This document shows, in pieces, positions 12,301 to 23,412 of a stretch of DNA of 64,000 nt. The number at the start of each line of letters is the position of its first letter. The stretch's first letter is position 1. Where the stretch lies: contig OX337230.1 in assembly GCA_946965045.2 (NCBI GenBank), forward strand, positions 62,001-126,000, in the 5' to 3' direction. The stretch is from Epithemia pelagica. Taxonomy: Eukaryota; Protista; Bacillariophyta. The notes under the pieces are model-generated. The model searched no databases. It was given only the letters and a program-made list of their open reading frames with translations, and had not been told where the DNA came from. A program made the position numbers and the translations under genes.

Positions 12301-12514
12301 TCAATACTCTCTTGGAAGTCATATGAACAATTACGTGGATGGCCACATTGAGCAGTGGCTTACTGTTGGTATCGGAACTGATTTTGATATTGACCTCAAC
12401 GTCACCTCTACTGTCCAGTGGCGTTTCCATCAGGACGCCTTCGAGGTTGGTAACCAACAATGGCCGGTGGCGGCCGTGGACAATATCAAAGTTGAACAGT
12501 ACGTTCCTCCCTAA
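9375..12514 (+). CDS. Secreted mucin-like protein: signal peptide, PT(A/S/G)(G/S) repeat stalk, vWA domain, C-terminal beta-rich domain
   Basis: Inferred exons 9375-9462, 9677-9745 and 9879-12514 keep phase 1 at GT/AG sites. Signal peptide MMIKLGSKALLAACLLGVL. vWA motifs ICIAIDNSGS (MIDAS DxSxS), GGWTNTGDAL and VILVITDG. Asp-box-like VDYSTDGGLTW near the C-terminus. Confidence 0.85.
10030..11205 (+). repeat. Coding 12-bp tandem repeat (Pro-Thr-x-x, roughly 95-100 units) with higher-order 48- and 72-bp duplications
   Basis: PTAG/PTSG/PTAS/PTGS units. A near-exact 72-bp unit repeats at 10681 and 10753, a 48-bp unit at 10801 and 10849, and the block at about 10598-10650 recurs at about 10909-10960. 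Confidence 0.95.
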
Positions 12515-12949
12515 ACCACAAACAGACGCCGAATACCATGCGTAAATTTCTATATTAGTCATGATTGATTTTCTTCTAGTTTTTCCGACGAATATGAAAG
12601 AGGTTGTTGTATGATAGACCTAATGGAGAGAAACTTTCCACTCATTATATAGCAGTGATTGATTTCCTTGCAGTTCAGATGACGTGATGGAACCACGCGT
12701 AGCTCGATGATTGTGGCATTCCATTGACGTTCCGTGTGAAGCTCCCGCTTGTATTTATGAGTGACTGTATGAAACCTAGAGGAGTGGTAGTCGTCGCCGC
12801 GCGTAGCTCGATGATTGTTGCATTCCCTTGACAAGAAGACGCAAGAAGTGTAAGGCAGAAGTATCGGGGATAAACGAAGCGACATTTATACCCGCTACTT
12901 CTTCCTTACTAACTGCTATTGTCAATGTTGGAAGGTGTTAACTTTGGTG

Positions 12950-13633
12950 CTACCACAAAATCTCTAAATGAGGTTTGAGGGTTATTTGGAGTTGCGGCAC
13001 CATGACATCTTTTTCCTCTCGCGGTTGTGGCGGCTGTTCCTCCAAGTATTCTTGTGTAATGTAATACAAGAGTTCGGATTCTTCCCCATGCGGATTGCCC
13101 GGTCCCTTGCCTCCCCCCACTTGTCGACTGCCATAGGAAACATGGTGGGCTGGTACCACGGCAATGAGGGTCACGTCTTGCAAGCCGGTGGCGGTCCGAT
13201 CTTCTTCGTCCACCAAAAATTCCAACGACGTGCCAAAGACAGGGTCATTGCTCCAAGCCGAAAGGGGTTGCAAACATCCCTGTTCTTCCATGACCGCCAA
13301 TTGGTAATACACGACATTTTTGTCGTCCTCGCTATTCGTCTCCTCGGTTTGTTTGAGATTGCTGGTATAAATCACCACATCCATTTCCATAAGGTCTTGG
13401 ACAGAAGGAGCAGGTTCGTTGGTCTTTTGTGGATTGCTGTCACTACTAGAGCTTTGCTGATAGAGCCGTGAACTTGGAGGAATGCAAAATGGAACCAATC
13501 GAGATGGGGTTGTGCTTGTTCTTCGTTGGATGCGAGAGTCGTCTATCACAGAGAATGCATCCACCAGAAGTGTTGTGGTGATGGTTGCAGCCGTGAGAAA
13601 GCGAAGGGCACATACTAGTTTGAGTGGATTCAT
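12950..13633 (-). CDS. Hypothetical protein, probably plastid-targeted (bipartite presequence)
   Basis: MNPLKLVCALRFLTAATITTTLLVDA-FSVID is a signal peptide with an ASAFAP-like cleavage site, followed by a Ser/Arg-rich transit region. A conserved-looking core follows (YGSRQVGGGKGPGNPHGEESE). Confidence 0.7.
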   Translation of the reverse strand: MNPLKLVCALRFLTAATITTTLLVDAFSVIDDSRIQRRTSTTPSRLVPFCIPPSSRLYQQSSSSDSNPQKTNEPAPSVQDLMEMDVVIYTSNLKQTEETNSEDDKNVVYYQLAVMEEQGCLQPLSAWSNDPVFGTSLEFLVDEEDRTATGLQDVTLIAVVPAHHVSYGSRQVGGGKGPGNPHGEESELLYYITQEYLEEQPPQPREEKDVMVPQLQITLKPHLEILW

Positions 13634-14033
13634 TGTCTGTGTTGATCGTTTGGAACGGCAACGCCTGGTTTTGTGTAGCTCGAAAGAGTTTATTGGAGGA
13701 ACTGTGCTGTACCTCGGACACAAAGAGATGCAGCACAAGACAACTCCCTGCCTCGTCGTCATGGTGAACCAATCTCGAAAGCAAAATAATGACGTCACGG
13801 CAACGGAGAGAGAGGCGACTTGTGGTGTCGTTTGGATCGTTTTTCAGTCGCCGAAGATAGGAATGCTAGGGGTCCCTACGACGCCAAGCACGGACAGAAA
13901 GAAAACTGTGCTTCTAATACCAACAACGGGAAAACTCTAGATCCAAGAAAGCCTCATGCTCTACACTATAGGCGACGAAAACACTTGTTGGTTTTGTGGT
14001 TTGTGGTTGCCGCGGGGTGGAATGATGGCTTTT

Positions 14034-17000
14034 CTATGTTTTGCTTCGATAGCGACGACGAATCCAGTAATCCTGTTCATGATAATTATGCTTCAAGGAT
14101 AATGAGTCTGTTTCCATGAGAGCGTCATTGATGTAGTTCACAGCATCTTCCCGACGTTCCATCGCCAAGGCTTGTTCTTCTTCCATTCGCTCTTGATAAC
14201 TGGGATCATTATCGTCATCATCGTCATTGTCCACTTGATCCAGGTCACTGGTATCCGCAACTTGATTGGGAAATCGACGTTGCACCCAAAAGTACAAATC
14301 CACTTGATTGACAATGGAACACAAGTTGGACAAATCATCAAACGAGTCTGCCGGGTTGGGTTCGTGGGACGACAATGGAATATACTGTACATTGTTGGCC
14401 ACCGAATGGGCGTAGCGACGGAGGGCCTTTTTGGATTGTTGACTCCCCAAAGAGACGGGAGAGATGCAAAACATGTACTTTTGCTGCAAGGGCAGGTCCA
14501 CATCCTCTAGTAACTGGGCTATTTCCATCATGCTTTCGCTTCTTCCCAAGAAGTAATCACCTTCCACATTGGCCAGTTCCGCAAAACTCTTCAACACGTG
14601 ATACAAATCGTTCCGTCGTGGCGACACTGAGCCTTGCCCCCATTGTGACGTGTTGTTGGTGATTGTCAACTTGTTGGTTGTGTTGTCCTCCTTGTTGCTG
14701 GCATCCATACCAAAGTCGTACTCACTGGGGTGATCGCCTTTGTGCATAAGACCAGTCGTTTCCAATGTATCACGAAAGGCTTCCAAATGATCCGCCATGG
14801 GCATGAGCCCTGCCTTGGTAATGGGGCCAATATCCGTTTGAATGCAGGTTTGAATGTATTGAATGTCGTTGTCGTCACGACATGTTACAAATCCCTGTGG
14901 GTAGGGACTGTTGCGTCGACCGGCCCGACCACCAATTTGTTTTACATCGTTGTGTGTCAATCGAATAATGCTTGTTCCATCGTGTTTATAAATAGTATGA
15001 AAAATGATGCGTCGAATGTTGAGATTCAAACCCATGCCAACGGCATCACTCGCCACCAAAATCTCATATCCAGAGTCCGGGTCATTGAACAAACGGGCTT
15101 GTTCCGCTCGTGTTTGAGGAGGCAAAGACCCATAGACGACACAACAACGAAACTTTGTCCTGGACTCAATCTCTCGCTTCACGGCAAAAATATCTCTTCG
15201 ATTAAATGCCACAACACAGTCACCTGGCCGGACGGATGATGCATAGGGATATAATTGCACGTCATCTTGGTGTTTTGGGTTCCTTTTGTTGGTTTTCGTT
15301 TTCTTGGTTTCCTTGTTGGACTGGTTTGCCTCTTCATCCTGTAGTTGCCACTGTTCCCATTGCTGTTGCTTTCGATACAAGGCAGCTTGTAAACTGTGTG
15401 ACTCAACCTGCAAGGGTGTAAAGCGTTTGTAGGTACGGAGTTCAAAGTCATCGCCGCATTTTTCCTCCACTAGTTTACGCACCAGATCCACCGCTTCGAG
15501 GCCACCACACACATGAATTTCGGAGCAATTCAAGCCCAAGAGGGCACGGGTCCAGGCAAACCCTCGTTCGGGGTCGGCAATCATTTGGATCTCATCAATC
15601 ACCACGACCGAATTCGTATCGTTGTCCGGTTTCGTGCTGCTGGACGGTTTCGGGGTGGTTCCGTTTGCCTCTTCGTTTTCTTCCTCCTCTTCTGTGGGCG
15701 GTCGAGTCGATAACCGTGTTCCCTTGAGGAGGGGATTGGATGCACCATTGTAGGCCATTTCAATGGTTGCCGATCCATGCGTGGCGCCCCGCACGACGCG
15801 TCGCTCTTGTCCCGTGTACAAATTGCATCGAATGCCCTTTTCCGTCATCGTGTCATAGACCTCTGCCGCCAAGAGTCGAAGGGGGCCATAATACATGCCC
15901 GTCGCGGCCTGTTCCAATCGTTGCATGGCTTGATAGGTTTTTCCACTATTGGTCGGGCCGCCATGGTAGATAATGCGCCGTGGTGTGGGCCGATTCCGTA
16001 CTTCGGGGAACCATTCGTGTGGTTGCGTCAAGTCCGCCACGGCATCCAAGGCACGATATTGACGCAACAAACCGGCATGGACGGTACAAATGTAATCTGC
16101 CATGATGCGACAGATTGTTCCCTTGACCTCATCGCTTTGCAACACCGCATTGGTTTCTGCAAACAACTCTGGAGTGAGACCAAGGCGTTTGCCCAATTTC
16201 TGAACCAACCCCTGCAACTGTTGTCGCCGAACATTGCAGCTCGACGCTTTACGGCGCGTTTGTTTCAAGCTTTTCCTTTGGACTCGAACTTGATAATCAT
16301 ATTCACGTTTTAGTGCGTTCAACTGAATCCGTTTTATCCCCGAGGAATTGTATGCTTCCTTCTTCTTGCCATTTTCTTTGGTGCTGGTTAGTAGGGGTTT
16401 CCTACGGCTGGATCGGTTTTCCTCATTCGTGTTCTCGAGTTTGCTGTCGTCCGTGCTCTGAGGACTTGGTGGATCCTCCGCCATATTATTCCTTGGAGAC
16501 GAGGTGGCAGACGAGGAGTCCTTCTTGTTGTCGCTGCTGCTGTCGGTCGTTGACGAAAAGACCGTTGCTGGCGGACCAGTCAACCAGTTGGTTGCAGAAC
16601 CAAACACGGTTTTCTGCACAAAGGTTTGAAACAAGCTGTTGTTGCTGCTGCTGGTAGTACTCTCCGCCTCCTCCTTGGTTTGAGATGACGCCATGTCTTG
16701 TTGTTCTTGTTGTTGCTGCCGCTGTTTCACCAACTGTTTTCGTTCTTGTTCGAGTTGTTGTTTTCGTTGTTTTTGTTTTCGTTCTTGTTCTTGTTGTTCG
16801 GATTGTACCAGACGATCGTATTCTTGTTGTACTTGTTTCACTTGTTCCTTCCAGTACTGTTCCACTCGTTGGAGTTCCTCGTCTTGTTCTTGCAAACGTG
16901 TTTGCCAGGTGCGACACTCGTGTTCCACCATTTGCAATTCCGCGAGTTTGGAGTGTCCCTCCTGGACAAAGTTCCAATATCGATCCGTGACACTCAACAC

Positions 17001-18584
17001 GATGGGTGGGTGTTGTGGTTGTGGTTGTTGTGGTTGAACGACCGGTTTGGGGTCCTGGTCCGGATTCGTGCCACTACTAGTACTGCGAATTGCTGTCACC
17101 TTTTTGTCTGGATCCCTTGTCGTCGTCGTGGCATTGGCATTCTTGGATTCCGGAAGGTTTGTTGGTTCCTTCGTCGTAGCAGTCGAGTTCTGGCCCGGTT
17201 GGTGTTGTGGTAGTTGGTGTTTTGTACGAGAGTCAGCCATGGTCATGGCAGGATAGCGTTGCAAGACGGCCTGTAAGGCCTGGACGGCCGGTTCGAGTTG
17301 TTGGCCAAAGTCTGGTTCGTACCAAACCTTGTTGGCAAAGGGATCCAACAAGTTGAAATAAAACATGTGTTCGGGATTGTTCTTGTTGTTTGGATTGTTC
17401 TTGTTGTTCTTGTGGTGATTGTGGGTGGTAACCTGAACTTGTTGATTGGATTGGGAATGCATTTCTTGAAATCGCTTGGGCAGTTGCACCAGCTTCAACG
17501 TCGTGATCCGCCACGACGCGTCTCGTTTCAAACAGGACAAGAGGAATTCCAAGACGGGTCCGTGTAATGATGGTGATGGGGTGGCCATTGTTGTGCTGGT
17601 TGTTGTGGTGGTGGTGGTGTCCAATGCTTTGGTTTCAGGGAGCTGTGGTGGGTGATACCACAAGGTTGGTTGTCCCCGATTCGTTGTCGACGACGACGAC
17701 ACTGAGGAGGAGGATTGCAATGACTCACTACTGGTAGTACTGGTTGTGGTGATGGGCGCCGTATTCCTTAGTGTGTTGGTCGTATCACCATTGGTGGATT
17801 CCTCCTCCTTGGTGGTAATACTAGGAGGGCCAATTCTTGGGGCCGTCGTGGAGGAGAAAACTGGTTCGTTTGTGGTTGCATTAGGAGTGCTGGATGGTTT
17901 GGTCGTGGCCTTAATCGTCATGGCCCATGGTGGCCGAGTCGTCGTCGTCTCCTTCGTTTCGGCCACTGGTACCGAGGTTTGTGTGGTGTTTGTGGTTGGG
18001 AGTGCTGTGGATGGATCTTCGCCACGAGCGGCCGACTGGAGGTTGTTCTTGTTGTTGTTGCTTCTCTCCTCCAGTTTGGATTCTTGTGGTTCTTGTTTTG
18101 GTATGGCCGGTGGTGATGATGAGGATGATGATGATGATGAGGAGGAGGAGGAGGAGGAGGACGGTGATGGTGGATTTTGCCAAAAGGGGACACTGGTTTG
18201 TGGTGGTTGTTTCGTTGTTGTTGGAGCGTTTTGGCGGTGCGAGGATTGTCGTAGAGGGGTCGTCGTCGAACCAAATCTTCGATGGGATTGTGGTTGTATG
18301 AGTGCTGGCAGTGGAGCACAAGGATACCGAGGCCCCACACCACACACGGTTCCAGTGCCCCAGTTGTGGTGGTTGTTGTGGTTGGTAGGCTTATTCCATG
18401 GGAAGATCCATTGGGATGATATTAGTGACACTGATGATACGGAGCATGGCGTGGTCGTGGTCGTCGTCGTCGTCGTTCGTGGCCGTTTGCGGGTGTTGTC
18501 GTGGACCAGGAGAATGGCACTGTTTCGTGTGGTCCTCCTCCTCCAGTTGGAATTCAAACCACCACCCGTGGCACAGTTCCACAT
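14034..18584 (-). CDS. SUV3: SUV3-family ATP-dependent RNA helicase with a very long low-complexity N-terminal extension
   Basis: GPTNSGKT (motif I), GPLRLLAAEV, IDEIQM..DPERGFAWTRALLG, GDCVVAF, VYGSLPP, VASDAVGMGLNLNIRRIIF, QIGGRAGR. 1516-aa intronless ORF. Confidence 0.95.
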   Translation of the reverse strand: MWNCATGGGLNSNWRRRTTRNSAILLVHDNTRKRPRTTTTTTTTTPCSVSSVSLISSQWIFPWNKPTNHNNHHNWGTGTVCGVGPRYPCAPLPALIQPQSHRRFGSTTTPLRQSSHRQNAPTTTKQPPQTSVPFWQNPPSPSSSSSSSSSSSSSSSSPPAIPKQEPQESKLEERSNNNKNNLQSAARGEDPSTALPTTNTTQTSVPVAETKETTTTRPPWAMTIKATTKPSSTPNATTNEPVFSSTTAPRIGPPSITTKEEESTNGDTTNTLRNTAPITTTSTTSSESLQSSSSVSSSSTTNRGQPTLWYHPPQLPETKALDTTTTTTTSTTMATPSPSLHGPVLEFLLSCLKRDASWRITTLKLVQLPKRFQEMHSQSNQQVQVTTHNHHKNNKNNPNNKNNPEHMFYFNLLDPFANKVWYEPDFGQQLEPAVQALQAVLQRYPAMTMADSRTKHQLPQHQPGQNSTATTKEPTNLPESKNANATTTTRDPDKKVTAIRSTSSGTNPDQDPKPVVQPQQPQPQHPPIVLSVTDRYWNFVQEGHSKLAELQMVEHECRTWQTRLQEQDEELQRVEQYWKEQVKQVQQEYDRLVQSEQQEQERKQKQRKQQLEQERKQLVKQRQQQQEQQDMASSQTKEEAESTTSSSNNSLFQTFVQKTVFGSATNWLTGPPATVFSSTTDSSSDNKKDSSSATSSPRNNMAEDPPSPQSTDDSKLENTNEENRSSRRKPLLTSTKENGKKKEAYNSSGIKRIQLNALKREYDYQVRVQRKSLKQTRRKASSCNVRRQQLQGLVQKLGKRLGLTPELFAETNAVLQSDEVKGTICRIMADYICTVHAGLLRQYRALDAVADLTQPHEWFPEVRNRPTPRRIIYHGGPTNSGKTYQAMQRLEQAATGMYYGPLRLLAAEVYDTMTEKGIRCNLYTGQERRVVRGATHGSATIEMAYNGASNPLLKGTRLSTRPPTEEEEENEEANGTTPKPSSSTKPDNDTNSVVVIDEIQMIADPERGFAWTRALLGLNCSEIHVCGGLEAVDLVRKLVEEKCGDDFELRTYKRFTPLQVESHSLQAALYRKQQQWEQWQLQDEEANQSNKETKKTKTNKRNPKHQDDVQLYPYASSVRPGDCVVAFNRRDIFAVKREIESRTKFRCCVVYGSLPPQTRAEQARLFNDPDSGYEILVASDAVGMGLNLNIRRIIFHTIYKHDGTSIIRLTHNDVKQIGGRAGRRNSPYPQGFVTCRDDNDIQYIQTCIQTDIGPITKAGLMPMADHLEAFRDTLETTGLMHKGDHPSEYDFGMDASNKEDNTTNKLTITNNTSQWGQGSVSPRRNDLYHVLKSFAELANVEGDYFLGRSESMMEIAQLLEDVDLPLQQKYMFCISPVSLGSQQSKKALRRYAHSVANNVQYIPLSSHEPNPADSFDDLSNLCSIVNQVDLYFWVQRRFPNQVADTSDLDQVDNDDDDDNDPSYQERMEEEQALAMERREDAVNYINDALMETDSLSLKHNYHEQDYWIRRRYRSKT

Positions 18585-18680
18585 CCTCGTCGCGTGTGTG
18601 TGTGAGGTGGAATTGGAGAATGTAGGATACTATACTGTGAATTGTGCTTGCAAAAACGACACTTGCCTCACACAGACACA

Positions 18681-18682
<2 letters not shown>

Positions 18683-18728
<46 letters not shown>
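18683..18728. repeat. (CT)23 microsatellite just upstream of SUV3
   Basis: Read directly from the sequence. Confidence 0.97.
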
Positions 18729-18732
<4 letters not shown>

Positions 18733-19168
18733 GCACCCACACATTCTTTTGTGACCTGCTTGGTGGTTGGTTGGTTTGACTTTTTATTATGATTGTGCCA
18801 ACGAATGTCTCTTCGGCCCGCAAGATTCACTCCAAAAGCCGAGAACCATGAAAAATTTCGTGGGTGTGCCTGATGTCTCGCGCGACTTACAAGCGATCTT
18901 TTGATAAGTATGATAATAGAGAAACGAATGGAAGCGAACCAGTCTGTACTGTTGGATTGTCCATCTCGTCTGTGTGTGTGGAGTGTGGATACTTCTCTTG
19001 AGAGATGACAGCATTGGCAATGGTCTCCCATCGGTCTCTTGCATCTACCGAGAACATTGTATAGTATGAGGTACAACGATATAGTGTGGTTTCATGTCAT
19101 AAGGTCTAGGAGTACATAGCTTCTTCGTGAACTGGCTAGCTCTATCTCACATTAGCCTTAATAGTGAG

Positions 19169-19230
19169 ACACCTCTGCTCTCTAGTAGAGAGGAGAGAAC
19201 ACCTCTGCTCTCTAGTAGAGAGGAGAGACA
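19169..19230. repeat. 30-bp tandem duplication with an internal hairpin
   Basis: acacctctgctctctagtagagaggagag occurs twice; ctctcta-g-tagagag is self-complementary. Confidence 0.9.
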
Positions 19231-19575
19231 CCATTCTGGAACCACAACAACAACCACAACGAAAAATTTCTCTGTGAGACCGCTTTTGTTGTGTACACTT
19301 CCCAAACACCACCACCCGGAGGATTGTTCTACCATACTACTACTCGATTCCACCGCAGAGAGAGTGTCATTCAAGAAAACACACATCTCACAGGAATGGT
19401 ACCAAACGACCATCCACCCAAACAACAAAGGCTGTCAAACTTTCTTTTTCTTTTCCACGTCAAAGATTCCAAGGAAATCTCAATCGTTTTACCTTTGCAA
19501 TGTCCGATGATGCTCTAGTTTCGCCATTGTAATAGGACATATTGCTGCAAATTTCCAGAGTGATGACTTCCTTCA

Positions 19576-20882
19576 TCAAAACCACCAATGTGCGTCCGTA
19601 TGGGGCCTTGCTCGTTTACGAGCTACTGTCCAGGGGGGTGAACTATCAGCATCATGGATACTACCCATTCCGTTCCAAGAAGGAAAGCAACAGAGTCTTT
19701 TCATCATCATCACCACGGTGAGTCCGTATTCAGCATCATGGATACTACCCATTCCTTTCCGAGAAGGAAAGCAACTGTTTGGATGCTGCTCACAAAGTCG
19801 AAGAAAACACCATGTATTCTTGTCCATGAGTGAGAATGTCGCACAGGTAGAACCCGCAAATCCATCCACAATGGCAATTTGACTGGCAACTTTTACCATA
19901 CTACAGTCTTCCAGATCATTTCCGAATGGAGGAAGATTCCACCCGCAGATGCGGTTTGTATCCAATACTTGCACCGTTTGGTTCCCTTTTCCCGTCACCA
20001 CGAGACAAACTCCCACGGCAACCACTGCACAAGCGCAACGTTTTTCGGACAGTACCAAATCCGAGTGAGTGGTCCAAGCCGACAAGAGGGAAATGGCTGT
20101 AGACGCAGCCTCCTTTTCTGTCTCATCATCATTGTCAGGAGAAAAGTCCACATACTCTACCGAGTCAAGATTGCCTTGCTCCTTGTTACGACCTCCAACG
20201 ACAAAGATGCGGTGACCAATGACCGCACTGGCACAAAATGATCGAGCAACGTTCAAAGATGGACCTGCAGTGACAGTATGATTATGGATGGTATCTAGTA
20301 TATCCACCGACGACACATAACGATTGCTCTCCCATCCGCCCATGACAACAATATATCGGTTGTGAACCGCAACCGCACAACATCCATCTCGTCGCGTGGA
20401 TAGCCGAGTAGTCAATGTAGTCCACTGGCTCTCTTGCAAAGTGCTTGAGGTAGAAAGTGCTCGACTCAAATCAAAGGCATCAATGCGTTCGATACAATTC
20501 AAACATGAACCTTCAGCGTATCCTCCCATGACGTAGACGGCTCCGTTGCACACAACTGCGGCATGTCCAGAACGTTTCTGGCTCATGGGAGGCCCTTCTC
20601 GCCACTGCCTGTTCGATTCTGCCAAGTTCAATACAAGAACGGAATTGACAGAATCTTGGCCACGTCGCCATCCTCCCAACACCACGACCGTCTGCCCCAT
20701 GTTGTTGTTGTTGTTGATGTTTTGTTGATATCGTTCTTATCGGAATGATTGAGTACGACCGTAGCATGACGATTGCGCAATCCACCCTCAAGAGGAGGCC
20801 AGTCGTGTTCATTCCATTCTTCTGTCTCGTTCAAAAGGACAAGTCCAGACTGCCATGCTTGTTCTTTCCATGTCGTGGACAT
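19576..20882 (-). pseudogene. Kelch paralog 3 with a 1-nt frameshift in an AAC run at about 20720
   Basis: MSTTWKEQAWQSGLVLLNETEEWNEHDWPPL (ATG 20882) and the kelch body (GQTVVVLGG onward) lie in different frames. The junction reads aac aa aac atc. There is also an internal 45-bp duplication near the 3' end (about 19647 and 19730). Confidence 0.75.
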
Positions 20883-21292
20883 GATTCCAAAGTTTCTGGA
20901 CTGCAAAATTTGTGTGGATCAGGACGGAGAGGGCGTTTGCGCCTGCTGATTTTCCTTTGATGATGGGTGTGGACTGATGGGTCTCTAGGTAGTATCTGTC
21001 ACACGTACGCAATCGCACATAGACTTCATGACAGCATCACATATGGTATCAACGACGCGCCAGATATGGAATCCCGACATGTACTACCTAGGTAGAGGAT
21101 CCCATCGGTGGCTTCCAATTTCCTTCCTATACTATAGTAACACATATCTGCAGACCACCAAAGCTGCACTCCGGAAAGGTCCCTCTTCTGCTGGTGGGGG
21201 AAACAATCTCCCCGTATTTGTTCACACTGGACACACACAACCAACAACTGGTTGGACTGCTACCACTACTACACATATCATCGTTACCCTAC

Positions 21293-23412
21293 CTACACAT
21301 AATAGGGATGACTCAAGACGGCCTCAATCCAGGGTTCCATCCACAGGCGGGTCAACAAGTACGTGACAATGCCCAACAAGATGGAAATGGGCAAGGCCGG
21401 CAAGGCTTGATGGTACATGGCCAATAACAGCAGTGTGCCACCCAAGCCGGCCAAAATCACCAAGGTACAAGCAGCAAAGGTGGCAAAGGAATATTGCGCC
21501 GCCTTGCTCACCAAGACGGAATAAAAAATAAAATCGCCCAAGCCCAAGCGAATCGACGATTGACTATCGTCATCTTCGTCGTCGTCATTGCGCAATTCGG
21601 CAAAGACCTTGCCGGAACGGTCCACCCACAACAAGCGTTTGGGTTGTCCATGCCGATCGCGTTCCAAATACACGCGACGACCACGTTTCTTGACCCGTTC
21701 CAAACGACCCCCCTGGGCCGGCATGCGAACCGTTACATCGGCCCGCAATTGCGATGCCGTTGGATTGTCGGGCAAGGACAACGACGTACCGTCATTGGAC
21801 GACACCACCAGCAAGGGTTCGGCACCGCCATCGGTCGTCGTCGTCGTGGTGGCCTTGGTTTTGCGACGACCCTTGGCCATGACGGTTCGTGATTCGGGTG
21901 GAATCGCCACCACTGGCAACCGATAGACTTGGGCAATGGCCAAGGGAATGGTCACGACTGGATCCTCGGGCGAAACGGCTTCTTCGGCTGCTGCTGTAGT
22001 TGTATTGCCATTGTTGTTCTCGTTGTTGTTGTTGTTGGTATCGACATGAGGTGCCACTTCACTCAAGGTGGCATTCAATCCGGTTGGCATTCGTTCCATG
22101 TTGGTTGTGGGAGGTTGTTCCTCCGAGGCCGCACTCCGCGCATCGCGAACTCCACTGTATCCATCCGCGTCTTCATCGTCATTCGTGTTGGTCGCCGTGG
22201 GTTCCAACGGTTCCGCAGCTCCCGTCCCATCGTCGGTCGACGACGATGACAGGGGTGGATCCGTGGACCGTGTTCGATTATTGTTGGCAGCACCCGGTTT
22301 TTTGGCTTCGGGTGGCAATTGGGCTTCAAACAAGAGACCGGGCATATCGGGAGCATCTTCTTCCGACATGGCTTCGACCAAGGCTCGCAAGGGACCAAAA
22401 CTACTCAAGACGGCGCCTGTTGTAGGAACACAAAAAGAAGCAAAAGAGGTGAGAATCGACACACCACTCTTCTGACCATCCATTCATTCACTCGTCGTTG
22501 GTCACACGTACACAAATCGTAGAGGGCCAGCATAAACAAGAGACACCAGGCGGTCCAATCGTCAAAAAAACTCAAATGCCAGGCCAAAATGACAGACGTG
22601 GCCATCAAATAGCCTTGCGTGACGGTCCGGGGAATGCCCTGGCCCCAAAAGACGGCCAAAACACCGACCAGGGCAAAATTGACCATGAAGAGGTAAAAAC
22701 TGCCTTGATCGACGGGAATGTGGTAAATGAGCAAGGCATTCTTGAGTAAATTGGCGCCCAAGACCCCCAACAAACTGGTCGAACACAAGACCATGTACCC
22801 AATCAAACACTTCATGCACCGCATGCGATACAAGAACACAATGACAAAGGTCATGGTTCCGACAAACAAAATCATGACCAAGGCATTGGCGAGGGAGAGG
22901 GCCAAGGTTTCACCCTTGGTTTCACTGCTACTGGCAGTGTTGTCTTGGACATTCCACACTTGATAGGCCGTGGCCATGGCTTGTTGGCCTTGTTGCCGCA
23001 ACTCGTCCGTATTGATAAAGACGACGGCCAGGGCGGACAAAATCATGGTCAAACAAACCGGTTTGGCAATGGCATAGTACGACGACGAACTGTACAACAA
23101 TTCTTGAATCGTCATGACTGGTTCCTCGTCGTCGTCCTCGTAGTCAGTGTCCCGTAAGAGACCATCTCGGTCCTCTTCCTCATCATCGTCGTCGTCGTGA
23201 ATGGGCAAGGGATCTCCCGGTTGATAGCGTCGCGTTTGATGAATAATTTCTTCTTCTTCCTCCTCGTCCAATCCATCTTGGAGCAAGGGCGAGGTGGTAG
23301 GATTGTGGTTGTTGTTATTGTTGGAAATGCTGTCGTAATTGGCCCGACGCGTCGTCGATGCCGTCGAGTCGGTTGGACCGGCTGTGGTGGTGGTGGTGGT
23401 GGTGGGAGCCAT
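21293..23412 (-). CDS. PSEN: Presenilin (gamma-secretase catalytic subunit)
   Basis: Two exons (23412-22512 and 22416-21293; 95-nt GT-AG intron) join as LYDLC-AVLSSFGPL. Catalytic YD and GLGDFIFYS motifs and the PALP motif are present, with multiple TM segments. Confidence 0.95.

Noticed and set aside
16313-18792. Plus-strand Cys/Val-rich ORFs opposite SUV3
   Set aside because: Reverse-complement translations of CAA/ACA microsatellite-like coding runs.
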